Positions 23,625-37,480 of a DNA stretch of 64,000 nucleotides are shown piece by piece (the first letter of the stretch is position 1; every line of letters begins with the position of its first letter). Under the pieces are notes generated by a model that worked only from the letters and a program-made list of their open reading frames with translations, was not told where the DNA came from and did not search any database. The translations under genes and the position numbers were made by a program. The stretch spans positions 1-64,000 of the forward strand of contig NIVC01000795.1 in NCBI GenBank assembly GCA_002269645.1, in the 5' to 3' direction. The stretch is from Macrostomum lignano (lineage: Eukaryota).

Positions 23625-24330
23625 GCATACACGTGCAACCTCCAAAATTCAGTCAGCCATGCTACTTAGTTTTAACAAAAAATGTGATAGTTTTTGGCCA
23701 AAAATGCAACTTACATATAAAAGAAACCCTAAAGCAAAATTAATGCAACTTTGAATAAATAACAGGAGTAACTAGGGCCTATGACTATCTTTTAAGGCAA
23801 AATGCCTCATGATCTACTTAGTACTATTTTGGTAAGCATTTTTGCAATTTACCTTGGTTGGCTACCAAATCAATCGGCCAGATTGGCCAACTTGGCCAAT
23901 TGTTGCATATGTATATTTGGTAGTGCAAATAATAAAATAGAATTAATTTTTGAGTTGATAATATTTTATCCCTAAAATCTTAGGCAATCCTTTACTTTTG
24001 CACATTTAATTATTTTTCAAAAATTTAATAAATTTTAAACAAGTTTAACAATAGTAAGTTTGTTATATTGCATTTAGTTGCATTAGACATAGTAGTACAC
24101 TGTCTAGAAAAGTATATTGCCAAAGGTATTGCATATATACATGTGCAACCCCTTAATTTACACTAGTTATGAAACTTACTTTTTGACCAAAAATGTATCT
24201 TACCTATGAAAGAAACCCTAAAGAAAAAATTAATGCAATTTTAGGTAAATGGCAGGAATTTTTGGTGGCTTTTTAACTTTGAGGTAACTTTGACTGTCTT
24301 TTTAAGGTTAAGTGCATTGTCATCTAGTTA
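23625..24330. repeat. Two diverged copies of a dispersed repeat; a third copy lies at about 49700-49860
   Basis: Shared TGCAACC...TTTTTGGCCAAAAATG..CTTAC...AAAGAAACCCTAAAG..AAAATT...AACTTT...AAA..CAGGA. Confidence 0.75.
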
Positions 24331-25829
24331 GTACTATATTAGGGTAGGCATTTTTGCTGGTCTACCACAATTTATTATGGCTAGATTGGCCAAGTTAGCT
24401 AACAGTTGCACATATATGGTTGCATAGGTGGCAATAGTGCCATAGAAACTCATCTAGATAGATGTCTAACATGGCTTTGGATATGCCATGCATGGCCCTA
24501 AACTGGGCCTTAGTGTAGGCCCATATGCCTTCAATTATATTAGTGTAGACATTCAGATTGTTAGGATCTATGAAATATAGCTAGTAGTTAATTGTCAAAT
24601 AGTTGAGCAGCCTATCTCTCCTATCCCAGTCTCTTTTCAAAAAACAGAGTGATTACAGGTTTTGGCCATAGATATAGACATAAAATCTATACTACCATAT
24701 CTTATATTTGCATGAGCTCAAATATTTACTTGCAATAATTATAAAAGTTATTATTTTTCAAAAAATAATAAATGTGCAAAACTTAAAGGTTGCCAAATCA
24801 TGATTTATATTAAAATAATCATGATCAATATTATTACATTTAGAGACTTTATATCTTTAGAAATTAGTAGGCCCTAAGGCTTAAGGGTCCTATGACTTGC
24901 CAATAATGTATATACAATAGGCAAATTTAAAGAAAAAGTAGGTTTCTTTTTTCAAAAATTAATTTAATCCTAACTTTGCAAGACATTAATATTGTATATG
25001 TGATAGGCCTCTTGGCTCTCTATTGAAAAATCCCACTGCTTAACTACCAAATTCGTTATAGAGTTATTTTCTAATGAGCTTGATTATACCATTTGTCAAA
25101 TCAGGATTTTCTTAGAATGGGGATAATATTCAATCTTTATTACTATAAGGAGTAAGCTGAAGGTTGCTCCTGGTAACGAAGTGTCCAAGAAGCAAGACAC
25201 TGTCTATTACAAATTAAACTGTCCAAGGGAGGGCTTCGCAGTAGACCAGAGTTGCCTGGGAAATGAGCGCACCTAAGGGAATTCTAGTATTCAACAGGGA
25301 ATGCCCGGCATTAAGGGGAATTTGGATAGAGAATTAAGAAGGCAATATGCCTAATCAGGGAATGATAGGCTAAAAGCCTTAACAGGGTAAGGAGGCAATA
25401 TGCATGATGTGGGTAAATTAATAGGGAACAGGTAGCCTAGGCAACAGGCCTAGTAGGGTAAGAAGGCAGTATGCCTAATGAGGGAGTTAGAGCCAAGGCA
25501 AATAGCGAGTCTGGTTGGGGAGTTAGCAGAATGCCAGGTTAGGCTGAGGGGTCAGGGAGTAAGGAAAGGCTGTACATCTGTTCAGCTTGAGGAAGGGAAA
25601 GGCGGCAATTTGCCAGGAAAAGGGGAGAATTGTACGCTCCCAAAAGAAGAATGAAAAAAGGGGGGAGAGACCGTACATCTCTAAAGGAATAAGTTTGACT
25701 CAATGGCTATTTTTAGAATAGGGTGGCACTATGCCTATTGCACAAAGAGGTGGCTGTGAACCAATGTAAGGCCAGAGAGTCTGCTAGTCAGTCCAAGGTT
25801 CCGGAGGTGCCCTTGAGGTGGTTCTTCTC

Positions 25830-26415
25830 AATATCTAAATATACTAAATCTCTAATATTTGTATGCTTGCTTGTCCATAATCCCATATACTAAAAATGAA
25901 ATGTCTGTAGCTATGCGATAGATTTCAGAAAAATTGGCTCAACCGATTTTCTTCAAACTTGCACCATTCGATCAGAAATTTTCCTGGGACGGTACATTCA
26001 TCTTGGCTAAGAAATTGCTCAATGTTAAAGGGATTAAATATTCGAAAAACATGCTTTTTTGCAAAGGTCAAGCCAAATTTTCGACTTAAAATGCATTGTA
26101 AGAATGCTAGAGAAAAAACTGACTGACTGAATTCCGATTGTGATAAAGATTGCATCACAACAAGTTGAAAACAGTGCCGAAGAAATGCACACACGACTTG
26201 ATTTAAATTGCATAACCATATTGCTAACTTAAATTGAGACTGATACTGGCTGACTAAGAAATTGATTATGTCATAACTTTTTACTCCGATTGACTTGCTG
26301 TAAGAATTGAATTATAAGGGCCACAATTCATGTTCTCCAATTGAAAAGAGATAGCCCTGATGCGAACAGACTGGAATGCTAATGTAGCAACCTGGGTTCG
26401 AATCTTAGTAGTACA
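25830..26415 (+). mobile_element. Possible decayed non-autonomous Helitron-like element
   Basis: Start ATCTAAATATACTAAATCTCTAATAT, internal GGCTCAACCGATTTTCTTCAAACTT, end GCAACCTGGGTT..TTAGT. These resemble the termini of non-autonomous Helitron-type elements; there is no coding evidence. Confidence 0.3.
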
Positions 26416-26479
26416 AAAAGATTTTTTTTATTAAAAAACCTTAAAAACACAACAAAACTGCTAAACATCAAAGAAGCGC

Positions 26480-27862
26480 AATGTCAAACATAGAAGAGCC
26501 AACATATCGAACATAAAAGAGTTACCATATCAAACATAGAAGAGCCACCATGTCAAACATTAAAGAGCCACCATGTCAAACATAAAAGAGCCACCATGTC
26601 AAACATAAAAGAGCCACCATGTCAAACATAAAAGAGCCACCATGTCAAACATAAAAGAGCCACCACGTCAAACATAAAAGAGCCACCATGTCAAACATAA
26701 AAGAGCCACCATTTCGAACATTAAAGAGCCACCATTTCGAACATTAAAGAGCCACCATTTTGAACATTAAAGAGCCACCATGTCAAACAATTAGAAGCCA
26801 CTTTGTCGAACATTAAAGAGCCACCATGTCAAACATAAAAGAGCCAACATGTCAAAAATTAAAAAGCGACCGTATCAAACATAAAAGAGTTACCATGTAG
26901 AACAAAAAAGATCCACAATGTCGAACATAAAAGAGCCACCATGTCAAACATAAAGAGCCACCATGTCAAACATTTAGGAGCCACCATGTCAAACATATAT
27001 GTGACTTTATGTCAAACATTAAAGAACCACCATGTCGAACATTAAAGTGCCACCATGTGTAACATAAAAGAGCTATATCATGAAGAACATCAAAGAGCCA
27101 CCATGTTAAAAATTAAAGAGCCACCATGTCAAACATTGAAGAGCCACTTTGTCGAACATTAAAGAGCCACCATGTCAAACATAAAAGTGCCATCATGTCA
27201 GACATTAAAAGCCACCGTGTCAAACATAAAAGAGCCACCATGTAAAACATTAAAGAGCCACATTGTTAAACATAAAAGAGCCATTATGTCGTACATTAAA
27301 GAGCCATCATGTAAAACATTAAAGAGCCGCCATGTCAAAACATAAAAGTGCCATCATGTCAAACCAAAAAGACCCACCATGTCTAACAGAAAAGAGCCAC
27401 CATGTCAGACATAAATCTGGCATGATGTCAAACATTAAAGTGCCACCATATCGAACATTAAAGAGCCACCATGTCTAACAGTAAAGAGCCACCATGTCGA
27501 ACATTAAAGGGCCACCATGTAGAACATTAAAGGGCCACCATGTAGAACATTAAAGAGCCACCATGTAGAACATTAAAGTGCCACCATGTCAAAAATTAAA
27601 GGACCACCATGTCGAACATTAAAGAGCCACCATGTCTAACATTAAAGAGCCACCATGTCTAACATTAAAGAGCCACCATGTAAAACATTAAAGAGCCACA
27701 TTGTTAAACATAGAAGAGCCACCATGTCTAACATTAAAGAGCCACCATGTCTAACATTAAAGAGCCACCATGTCTAACATTAAAGAGCCACCATGTCTAA
27801 CAGTAAAAAGCCACCATGTCTAACATTAAAGAGCCACCATGTCTAACAGTAAAAAGCCACCA
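26480..27862. repeat. Degenerate ~21-bp minisatellite
   Basis: CCACCATGTC(A/T)AACATTAAAGAG variants. Confidence 0.95.
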
Positions 27863-27864
27863 TG

Positions 27865-28280
27865 TCGCCTGCTATCTGGGGGTGCTTGCTATCTAGGAGA
27901 GCCTGCTATCTGGGGGTGCTTGCTATCTGGTGGTGCTTGCTATCTGGGGGTGCTTGCTATCTGGAGGTGCTTGCTATCTGGGGGTGCCTGCTATCTGGGG
28001 GTGCCTGCTATCTGGGGGTGCTAGCTATCTGGTGGTGCTTGCTATCTGGGGGTGCTTGCTATCTGGGGTGCTTGCTATCTGGGGTGCTTGCTATCTGGGG
28101 GTGCTTGCTATCTGGGGTGCTTACTATCTGGGGGAGGCTTGCTATCTGGGGGGTGCCTGCTATCTGGGGGTGCTTGCTATCTGGGGGGATGCTTGCTATC
28201 TGGGGGGTGCTTGCTATCTGGGAGGTGCCTGCTATCTGGGGGGATGCTTGCTATCTGGAGGTGCTTGCTATCTGGGGGGA
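27865..28280. repeat. ~16-17-bp minisatellite
   Basis: GGGGGTGCTTGCTATCT variants. Confidence 0.95.
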
Positions 28281-30149
28281 TGTTTGCTGTCTTAGGATGT
28301 TTTCTTTTTGCATTGCACTTCATCTGAGCAGTTTTTCTATTGACTATGTGAAGGCTCTGTTTGGCCATCTTATTGATACTTGTAGAGAACAGAGATTCTA
28401 TCTAGATGTCCCCCATCGGGGGGCGAAGATTGCTAGTATTTGGCTATATTTATAGTAAAATTAATCAGCATGTTGGACAATTTATAACAAAATATAGTAT
28501 TACCAAAATGTTTAAAAGCATATAGCATAGCATAATAAGTTTCTAAGATAATGTTTTTACTAAACTAGCAAGTTACTATGATTAATAATAAAATATTCTA
28601 GATACCATTTGCATTAAAAACAAGAGAGATAGATTCCTATGTATTTGAGGTGGGGGGGGGGAAGATTTAAAATTTGAAAGTTGGTAAGTTTAAAAAGTTG
28701 GGTTTCTTTGAAACTGAATGGCATCGAGTTCGCACAAATTCAATCCGGAAAATCGCGCGGACGAATCACAATGAATTTTCTCCTTTGTTACTCCGACAGC
28801 CGGGTTCCTCAAGTCCGGGGGAGGGTAGTCGTAATCGTAGCAGAGCGGTCGTTAGAGCGGCACAGTCATTCAGATGATAGACACTGTAGATTTTGAATTA
28901 GACGTTGAATTTGCTGAATTGCTTACTGTCAGTAGGGTAGAGCTGCCACCACCGTAATTTACGTATTATGGAACGTTGAAGTCTTAGACTTTCTTTGAGT
29001 TGAGAACTTGGTTGTTTTATGCCCCACGGGCAAATGACTTAATATAGACTTATGAGGCTTTAGTTAATTGATAAGAAAATTAACAGCACTTATTAAGGTT
29101 TATTAAGTTTGACGGCAAGTAAATTTTAATGGTTGACACACAATGGTATCTAGTAATTATTAATGCGACAGAGAGCTAAATTTGGAACGGCGAGACTGAA
29201 CCGGTGTGCCGGGGTGCTAAATTATTAATACAAAATCCAAAGCTTAATTGATGAATGGATAAATGAAGTTTCCGAAGTACAGAAAGGTAGAAGCAATAGA
29301 TCGAGAAGGAAAAGTCAAAAGGGAAAAGTGGAAAAGCAAGAGCAAAAGAAAAGGGAGGGAGAGAGCACGAGCATGCGCATGGTTGCACACTAAAATTTCG
29401 CATACATTAAATATTGAGCCAAATTATATGGGCATCAATTGGGATAAGCAAAGGCCAACACTGGGGCCATAACCGGAACCTAACAGTGGTACATTGATCG
29501 GCACAACAAAATAATAGACAAAAATTAGACACAAGTAAATAAGAGCATGGGGGTGGGGCCACAAAAGGGGACCCCAGACGGGAAAGAACAGACCACACAA
29601 AGGCGCAACAGCGAGACCAACCAAAGGGGCAAACCTGGGAACAGGAGATGGCGGGACTACATCACTCGCACCTCATGGTGGACAAAGTGGGCCAAAACCC
29701 GGGAAACAAAAAGAGTTTTTTAGCCAGTGCTCTCTGACTCTTGTGTATAGGTGTTGTTTAGTTTTTCTAATGTAGGAGATGCTCTGGTCCTTAGAACAAA
29801 TAAATTTATAGACAACACCTGTGGCAATAGGATGAGGAACACTTTGCATATAAACATATGCATATAAACAGCTAATGGGCTAATGTTGTATTTTGGAAAT
29901 AGCTTTATAAATATTGATTTAAATATTTGTGTAATTTATGAACTTCTTTGTAACAAAATAAGTTGAAGCACAAACACATTTTATAAAATTATAAATAGTG
30001 ATTTTTTAACAAAAAATTTGAAGGAAAACCAAATTCTTAGAAAACATTCTATTGGTATTGTAAAATATCCTTTAAAAATGATTAAAAGATATAAATTTTC
30101 TTTCTGTAAAAAGTAATTAATTAACAATTATATCTTGTACAAGTCATCC

Positions 30150-30657
30150 CATATCCAAGCTGTCAGCACCCATATCCAAGCTGTCAGCACCCATATCAAA
30201 GCTGTCAGCACCCATATCCAAGCTGTCAGCACCCATATCGAAGCTGTCAGCACCCATATCCAAGCTGTCAGCACCCATATCGAAGCTGTCAGCACCCATA
30301 TCCAAGCTGTCAGCCCCCACATCAAAGCTGTCAGCACCCACATCAAAGCTGTCAGCACCCACATCAAAGCTGTCAGCCCCCACATCAAAGCTGTCAGCAC
30401 CCACATCAAAGCTGTCAGCACCCACATCAAAGCTGTCAGCACCCACATCAAAGCTGTCAGCACCCACATCAAAGCTGTCAGCACCCATATCAAAGCTGTC
30501 AGCACCCATATCCAAGCTGTCAGCACCCATATCCAAGCTGTCAGCCCCCACATCAAAGCTGTCAGCACCCACATCAAAGCTGTCAGCACCCATATCCAAG
30601 CTGTCAGCACCCATATCGAAGCTGTCAGCACCCACATCCAAGCTGTCAGCCCTCACA
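30150..30657. repeat. 21-bp minisatellite upstream of the PROSER3-like exon
   Basis: AAGCTGTCAGCACCCACATCA variants. Confidence 0.95.
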
Positions 30658-30684
30658 TCCGGCATTCAATTCCAATTTCTGCAG

Positions 30685-32282
30685 CGCGCCACGGTCGCAG
30701 CACACAGGGCCAACTCGGCCGCCGGCGCCAGCGCCGCGGCGCCGCCCGCGAACGCCGAGCCGTCCACCATCGGGCAGTACATCGCTAGATTTCGCGCTAA
30801 CCCGCCAGCTGGCCGAGGCGATCGCGAGCCGGCCAATCCGGCCGACTTCTGGTGGCTTGGCCCCGACTCAGCTGGCGCCGACGCCTCCGCCTTGTCGCCG
30901 TCGCCGCCACCGGACGCGTCGCTAGGCACCGGCGCCGGCGGAAAGCTTCGGCGCCGCTCGAATCCGCAGCACTTCGAGCCGTACGGCCGGCGCGAGAGGC
31001 CGCGCAGCCTCAGCCGGAGCTCCGGCGGCGTGGCCGGATTCGGGCCGGACGAGTGCGCCGAGGAGGAGGCCGAGGACACCGCCACTGCCAACTCGGACGA
31101 GTTCGAGTTGGTCCAGGTTTGTGCCGGGCTCGCGCGTGTTTCCGGTTCTTGGCTAGTTAAGGAACACAGGAATTAAGTACAAAGTTCACCCTTTATCACA
31201 TTCTCTTCGGAAAGATGCGCTGGCTTGTTTCCGGTCTCCAATAGTATTATAAGCCACCTGCAGACAAAGGAGCTAATTAAAACAAATAAATTTATGCAAA
31301 CGAGGGCGCATCCACGCCAATGCTGTACGCAGGCACGCACTCATCCAGGGTGCACAGCGGCCCTGATCGTCAGGCACGTGCACTCTCTGTGCCTGTGCAC
31401 GGAATCGAACCGGGGGTCCTGGCGCTCGAGTCAGACGCGTTCAGCTGCTCCGCCACTCAACTGACCATCAGAATCCGATTCCAATCGCAGGAGGTCGAAG
31501 AGACGCCGTACCGGCCGCGCTTTGTCGAATCTTCGTCAGCAGCTGCAGCGCCAGCCGAGAACGACTTCGCCAACCAGCAGGACGACATCCTGGCGCAGTG
31601 GCGCTCGCGCCGCCGCCTGCAGCTGGCCCGGGACGCTGCCGCCGCTCCGGCTGACGGCGAGTTTGTGCCGCAGTCGGCGCCGGACGCACACGGAACTGAC
31701 GTGTCGCTGTTCCAGAGGCCGCTGAACGATGTTGCCAATCATCTGTCGGAGCGGCTGCACGCGGCCGAGATCGAGCAGCGGCTCCGGCTCCGTCTGGCCC
31801 GGCTCGGCCAGGCCTGCCCAGTAGACCGCTGGGCCCAGACCGACGACTGGCCGGCCGGCAGCGGCTTCAAGTCGGCCGCGGCGCAGACCGACGAGCCCGA
31901 CATCCGGCATCGGGACGCGCAGACAGCTGATGTTGTCGCCAATGAGGCGTTGAAGCCGCAGACGAAGGCGGCCGCGCGCCGGTCGAAGTCGACGCAGACA
32001 CCGTCGCCGCCGCCTCCGTCCGCAGCAGCGCCAATGACGCGTTACGACGAGGAAAGTCGCGTGACGTCTCTCACCGGCAGCTACGAATCGCTGGCTGGCG
32101 GCCTGGCTCGCCTGACCGTGGACTCGGCTTCTGCGGCGGCGACAGGTGCTGCGGCCGACGATGGCGGCGAGGCTGACGACGATGGAGACGGCATTCTGGC
32201 AGATCTGCTGGACAGGCGGGAGCGGCTCCTGCAGCAACTGCAGTTGGTCGATGAGGCGCTGGCCGCACGTCGGACCAGCTAA
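30685..32282 (+). CDS. PROSER3: Proline/serine-rich protein 3-like; exons 30685-31116 and about 31374-32282, 5' exon(s) not found
   Basis: STIGQYIARFRANPP..DREPANPADFWWL, DDILAQWRSRRRL and a C-terminal DGILADLLDRRERLLQQL coiled coil match the conserved blocks I recall for PROSER3. Both junctions are phase 0; the second acceptor is uncertain. Confidence 0.7.
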
Positions 32283-32409
32283 GAATTTATAAAATTGCAT
32301 GAATTTTTTATTTGCTTGGGTGGGGAATTCCGAGAAGAATGGGCAGGAAAGTGGCTGCGAGCGGTACCAACTTCTTGATTCTCTGGCCAGCCGTGCTATG
32401 GCCCCTCAG

Positions 32410-33218
32410 AGTACATTAGGGGAGTCAGCGACCCCATGGGGAATATTAAGGTCAATGACCCACAGAACATTAGGGGAGTCAACGACCCACAGAGATCATT
32501 AGGGGAGTCAATCCCCCCACAGAGAAAATTAGGGGAGTCAATGACCCCACAGAGAACATTAGGGGAGTCAATGACCCCACAGAGAACATTAGGGGACTCA
32601 ATGACCCCAAAGAGAAAATTAGGGGACTCAATGACCCCACAGAGAACATTAGGGGAGTCAATGACCCCACAGAGAACATTAGGGGAGTCAATCCCCCCAC
32701 AGAGAAAATTAGGAGAGTCAATGACCTCACAGAGAAAATTAGGGGAGTCAATGACCCCACAGAGAACATTAGGGGACTCAATGACCCCACAGAGAACATT
32801 AGGGGACTCAATGACCCCAAAGAGAAAATTAGGGGACTCAATGACCCCACAGAGAACATTAGGGGACTCAATGACCCCAAAGAGAAACTTAGGGGAGTCA
32901 ATGACCCCACAGAGAACATTAGGGGAGTCAATGACCCCACAGAGAACATTAGGGGACTCAATGACCCCACAGAGAACATTAGGGGACTCAATGACCCCAC
33001 AGAGAACATTAGGGGACTCAATGACCCCACAGAGAACATTAGGGGACTCAATGACCCCACAGAGAACATTAGGGGGGGGTCAATGACCCCACAGAGAACA
33101 TTAGGGGACTCAATGACCCCACAGAGAACATTAGAGGAGTCAATGACCCCACAGAGAACATTATGGGGACTCAATGACCCCACAGAGAACATTAGGGGAG
33201 TCAATGACCCCACAGAGA
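32410..33218. repeat. 30-bp minisatellite
   Basis: ATGACCCCACAGAGAACATTAGGGGACTCA. Confidence 0.95.
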
Positions 33219-33486
33219 ACTCGCAGTGCGTTCCTAGGGCGTCTTTCTATTTTTAGATTACGCAAAGTAATTGCTTTAGGCTTGGCACTAAACAAAAATT
33301 GTCAAAGCAGCAAAGTTGTTCCAAAAAAGCAATAATGGCTGGTCTATTTCAGACAATTGCTGCTGTCAATTATTGCATTGTTAAATTTCCGCGGGCATTT
33401 CCCGTGTTGATGTTAATTTCTAACTCATAATATTCAATGTTTTTTCTCCCTATTTTTATGATTTCCATTATTTTCTGTCGACTTTG

Positions 33487-34383
33487 TTCAGGGACTTCTC
33501 TAGTAGGGTTGTTCAAGGACTACTCTAGTAGGGTTGTTCAGGGACTTCTCTAGTAGGGTTGTTCAGGGACTTCTCTAGTAGGGTTGTTCAGGGACTTCTC
33601 TAGTAGGGTTGTTCAGGGACTTCTCTAGTAGGGTTGTTCAGGGACTTCTCTAGTAGGGTTGTTCGGGGACTTCTCTAGTAGGGTTGTTCAGGGACTACTC
33701 TAGTAGGGTTGTTCAGGGACTTCTCTAGTAGGGTTGTTCAGGGACTTCTCTAGTAGGGTTGTTCAGGGACTACTCTAGTAGGGTTGTTCAGGGACTTCTC
33801 TAGTAGGGTTGTTCAGGGACTTCTCTAGTAGGGTTGTTCAGGGACTTCTCTAGTAGGGTTGTTCAGGGACTTCTCTAGTAGGGTTGTTCAGGGACTTCTC
33901 TAGTAGGGTTGTTCAGGGACTTCTCTAGTAGGGTTGTTCAGGGACTACTCTAGTAGGGTTGTTCAGGGACTTCTCTAGTAGGGTTGTTCAGGGACTTCTC
34001 TAGTAGGGTTGTTCAGGGACTTCTCTAGTAGGGTTGTTCAGGGACTACTCTAGTAGGGTTGTTCAGGGACTTCTCTAGTAGGGTTGTTCAGGGACTTCTC
34101 TAGTAGGGTTGTTCAGGGACTACTCTAGTAGGGTTGTTCAGGGACTTCTCTAGTAGGGTTGTTCAGGGACTTCTCTAGTAGGGTTGTTCAGGGACTTCTC
34201 TAGTAGGGTTGTTCAGGGACTTCTCTAGTAGGGTTGTTCAGGGACTTCTCTAGTAGGGTTGTTCAGGGACTTCTCTAGTAGGGTTGTTCAGGGACTTCTC
34301 TAGTAGGGTTGTTCAGGGACTTCTCTAGTAGGGTTGTTCAGGGACTTCTCTAGTAGGGTTGTTCAGGGACTTCTCTAGTAGGG
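33487..34383. repeat. 25-bp highly homogeneous minisatellite
   Basis: GGGACTTCTCTAGTAGGGTTGTTCA. Confidence 0.97.
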
Positions 34384-35109
34384 AGAAGTCACTAGTTTTG
34401 TTAGTGTCACTAAATTATTAATTGTTAACTTATCCATTGTGACGTGTGAATCCATGCTAATATATATTTTCTAATTGTAAGTCCTAGTATTAATCAATAT
34501 TTTTGCCCGAGTGCCCGGGGATCCATTGCAACATTGTTTATTGAAACCTGTCTGTCCCCCAGGCTATGGAGTCGCATTCGGAGTTCAATTCTTAGTTTAG
34601 CTCTGAGTTAATTGTGACTAACATAATTGACATGACTAGCAGTAATTACTGTCACATTTGGTCCTGTCTATCATTTTAAACTGTTATAGTTGGTTTCATG
34701 TAGTCCCTAAGCCAGTTATTGCTCGCATATAAAAAGTAAACATTCTGTCCGCATTATTTCCTACTTAGACCAGTAGTATGCTGCGCGTATCAACTGTCAT
34801 TTTTTATTTCTACCCATACAGACCAGCGTTACATTATTTATTATCTCTCCCAGTCTCCAGTGTCAACTTGGCCCAGCTAGTTTTGTAAATAATAATTATT
34901 GCTATTATTATTACTATTATTAGGGTCATTCGGTTGTACTATTTGCTAGATCTGACAGAGGCGTCAACTGGTAGAATATCAAGAATTTGAAAACATATTT
35001 ATGCACATAAATATATATACGACTGGCTATTCATTTCAAATAGGATATCTGAAACTAAATATTGCTGGCTGGTGTTCATTCTTCTCACTTGACTCGACCC
35101 TCTTTGCTT

Positions 35110-36527
35110 GTCAGTGCCCACCTGCCTGTCCTTCAGTGCCAGCCCTGTCTGTCCTTCAGTGCCAGCCCTGTCTGTCCAGTGCCACCCCTGCCTGTCCTTC
35201 AGTGCCAGCCCTGTCTGTCCTTCAGTGCCAGCCCTGTCTGTCCAGTGCCACCCCTGCCTGTCCTTCAGTGCCACCCCAGCCTATCCTCAGTGCCACCCCA
35301 GCCTGTCCTTCAGTGCCACCCCAGCCTGTCCTTCAGTGCCACCGCTGCCTGTCCTTCATTGCCACCCCTGCCTGTCCAGTGCCACCCCTGCCTGTCCTTC
35401 ATTGCCACCCCTGCCTGTCCTTCATTGCCACCCCAGACTGTCCTTCAGTGCCACCCCTGCCTGTCCTTCAGTGCCACCGCTGCCTGTCCTTCAGTCCCAC
35501 CCCAGACTGTCCTTCAGTGCCACCCCTGCCTGTCCTTCTTTGCCACTCCTGCCCCCCTGCCTGTCCAGTGCCACCCCTGCCTGTCCTTCATTTCCACCCC
35601 TGCCGGTCCAGTGCCACCCCTGCCTGTCCTTCATTGCCACCCCTGCCTGTCCAGTGCCACCGCTGCCTGTCCTTCAGTGCCACCCCTGCCTGTCCTTCAT
35701 TGCCACTTCTGCCCCCCTGCCTATCCAGTGCCACCCCTGCCTGTCCTTCATTTCCACCCCTGCCTGTCCTTCATTGCCACCCCAGACTGTCCTTCAGTGC
35801 CACCCCTGCCTGTCCTTCAGTGCCACCCCTGCCTGTCCTTCAGTGCCACCCCTGCCTGTCCTTCAGTGCCACCCCAGCCTGTCCTTCAGTGCCACCCCAG
35901 CCTATCCTCAGTGCCACCCCAGCCTGTCCTCAGTGCCACCCCAGCCTGTCCTCAGTGCCACCCCAGCCTATCCTCAGTGCCACCCCAGCCTGTCCTTCAG
36001 TGCCACCCCAGCCTGTCCTTCAGTGCCCCCCTGCCTGTCCTTCATTGCCACTTCTGCCCCCCTGCCTGTCCAGTGCCACCCCAGCCTGTCCTCAGTGCCA
36101 CCCCAGCCTATCCTCAGTGCCACCCCTGCCTGTCCTTCATTGCCACCCCTGCCTGTCCTTCAGTGCCACCCCTGCCTGTCCTTCAGTGCCACCCCTGCCT
36201 GTCCTTCAGTGCCACCGCTGCCTGTCCTTCAGTGCCACCCCAGCCTATCCTCAGTGCCACCCCAGCCTGTCCTCAGTGCCACCCCAGCCTGTCCTCAGTG
36301 CCACCCCAGCCTATCCTCAGTGCCACCGCTGCCTGTCCTTCAGTGCCACCCCAGCCTATCCTCAGTGCCACCCCAGCCTGTCCTCAGTGCCACCCCAGCC
36401 TGCCCTCAGTGCCACCCCAGCCTATCCTCAGTGCCACCCCAGCCTGTCCTTCAGTGCCACCCCAGCCTGTCCTTCAGTGCCACCGCTGCCTGTCCTTCAG
36501 TGCCACCCCAGCCTATCCTCAGTGCCA
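35110..36527. repeat. Compound minisatellite
   Basis: CAGTGCCACCCC(T/A)GCCTGTCCTT variants. Confidence 0.95.
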
Positions 36528-36959
36528 CGCTGCTTCGATGTGGCCGGACAAAAGTGCGCGCCACCTGTTTGCAGCTTCTGCAATTGGAATTAATGGCGGG
36601 GGCTCAGGGACTGCGCTCCGCGCTAGAAATAACTGAGGGTGTCTCGGGAAGCAGAGAGGGTAGCTGGAGAGGAGGCTCCGGGCCTCTTCTTTCGCTGCAG
36701 AGAGGGAAAAACTGTTGGTTTTGGGCGGCCGGACTCGCGATGTGGGCGGAGTGCCGCGGGATGATTAATTTTTCTCGCCTTCCCGCGCAGTCAATCTCGT
36801 TAATTTGCAATGAGGAGCGCAGCCCGTCACTGCTGGACTTGCTTTCTTGTCTGAGGAGCGCGGGGGGCTGTAATTTAGCCCGGGATTTGGCGTGTCGCGC
36901 CCAGGTTCTCCGGCCGCATTTACCATTCAGTCGCGGCTGCTGGCTTAACAGCTCCAATA

Positions 36960-37480
36960 GGGATTCTCGGTAGGGTTTTGAAGCTTGTCTCAATGCTGAT
37001 GTATGGTTCCAGGAATATCTGCAGGCACAGTAGAGGCTGCAGGATCTCTATAGACGCTCGGTAGATGCTAGAAGGATCCCTATAGACACTTGGTAGCTGC
37101 TAGGATTATCTCTATAGATACTCGGTAGATGTTTAGGATTATCTCTATAGACACTCTGTAGATGCTAGGATTATCTCTATAGGCTCTCCAGGGTTTTAAA
37201 GCTTGTTCAATGCTGCTATATGGTTCCAGGAGTATCTGCAGCACAGTAGAGGCTGGAGGATCTCTATAGACACTGAGTAGATGCTAGAAGTATCCCTAAT
37301 CCCTATAGACACTCGCTATATCATAGGATTATATCTATAGACACTCTAAATACTAGGATCTCTATAGACGTTCGGTAGATGCTAGAAGGATCTCTATAGA
37401 CACTCGGTAGATGCTAGAAGGATCTCTATAGACACTCGGTAGCTGCTAGGATTATCTCTATAGACACTCAGTAGATGCTC
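36960..37480. repeat. ~32-bp repeats within a ~230-bp higher-order duplication
   Basis: GGATCTCTATAGACACTCGGTAGATGCTAGAA; the block AGGGTTTT.AAGCTTG...GGTTCCAGGA.TATCTGCAG appears twice. Confidence 0.85.

Noticed and set aside
32300-32410. Minus-strand terminal exon QRIKKLVPLAATFLPILLGIPHPSK
   Set aside because: It is short, has no recognisable motif, and no upstream exon could be linked to it.
33487-34383. Regular 25-bp array as a CRISPR or telomeric repeat
   Set aside because: There are no unique spacers or cas genes, and the context is eukaryotic. It contains only TAGGGT, not tandem TTAGGG.
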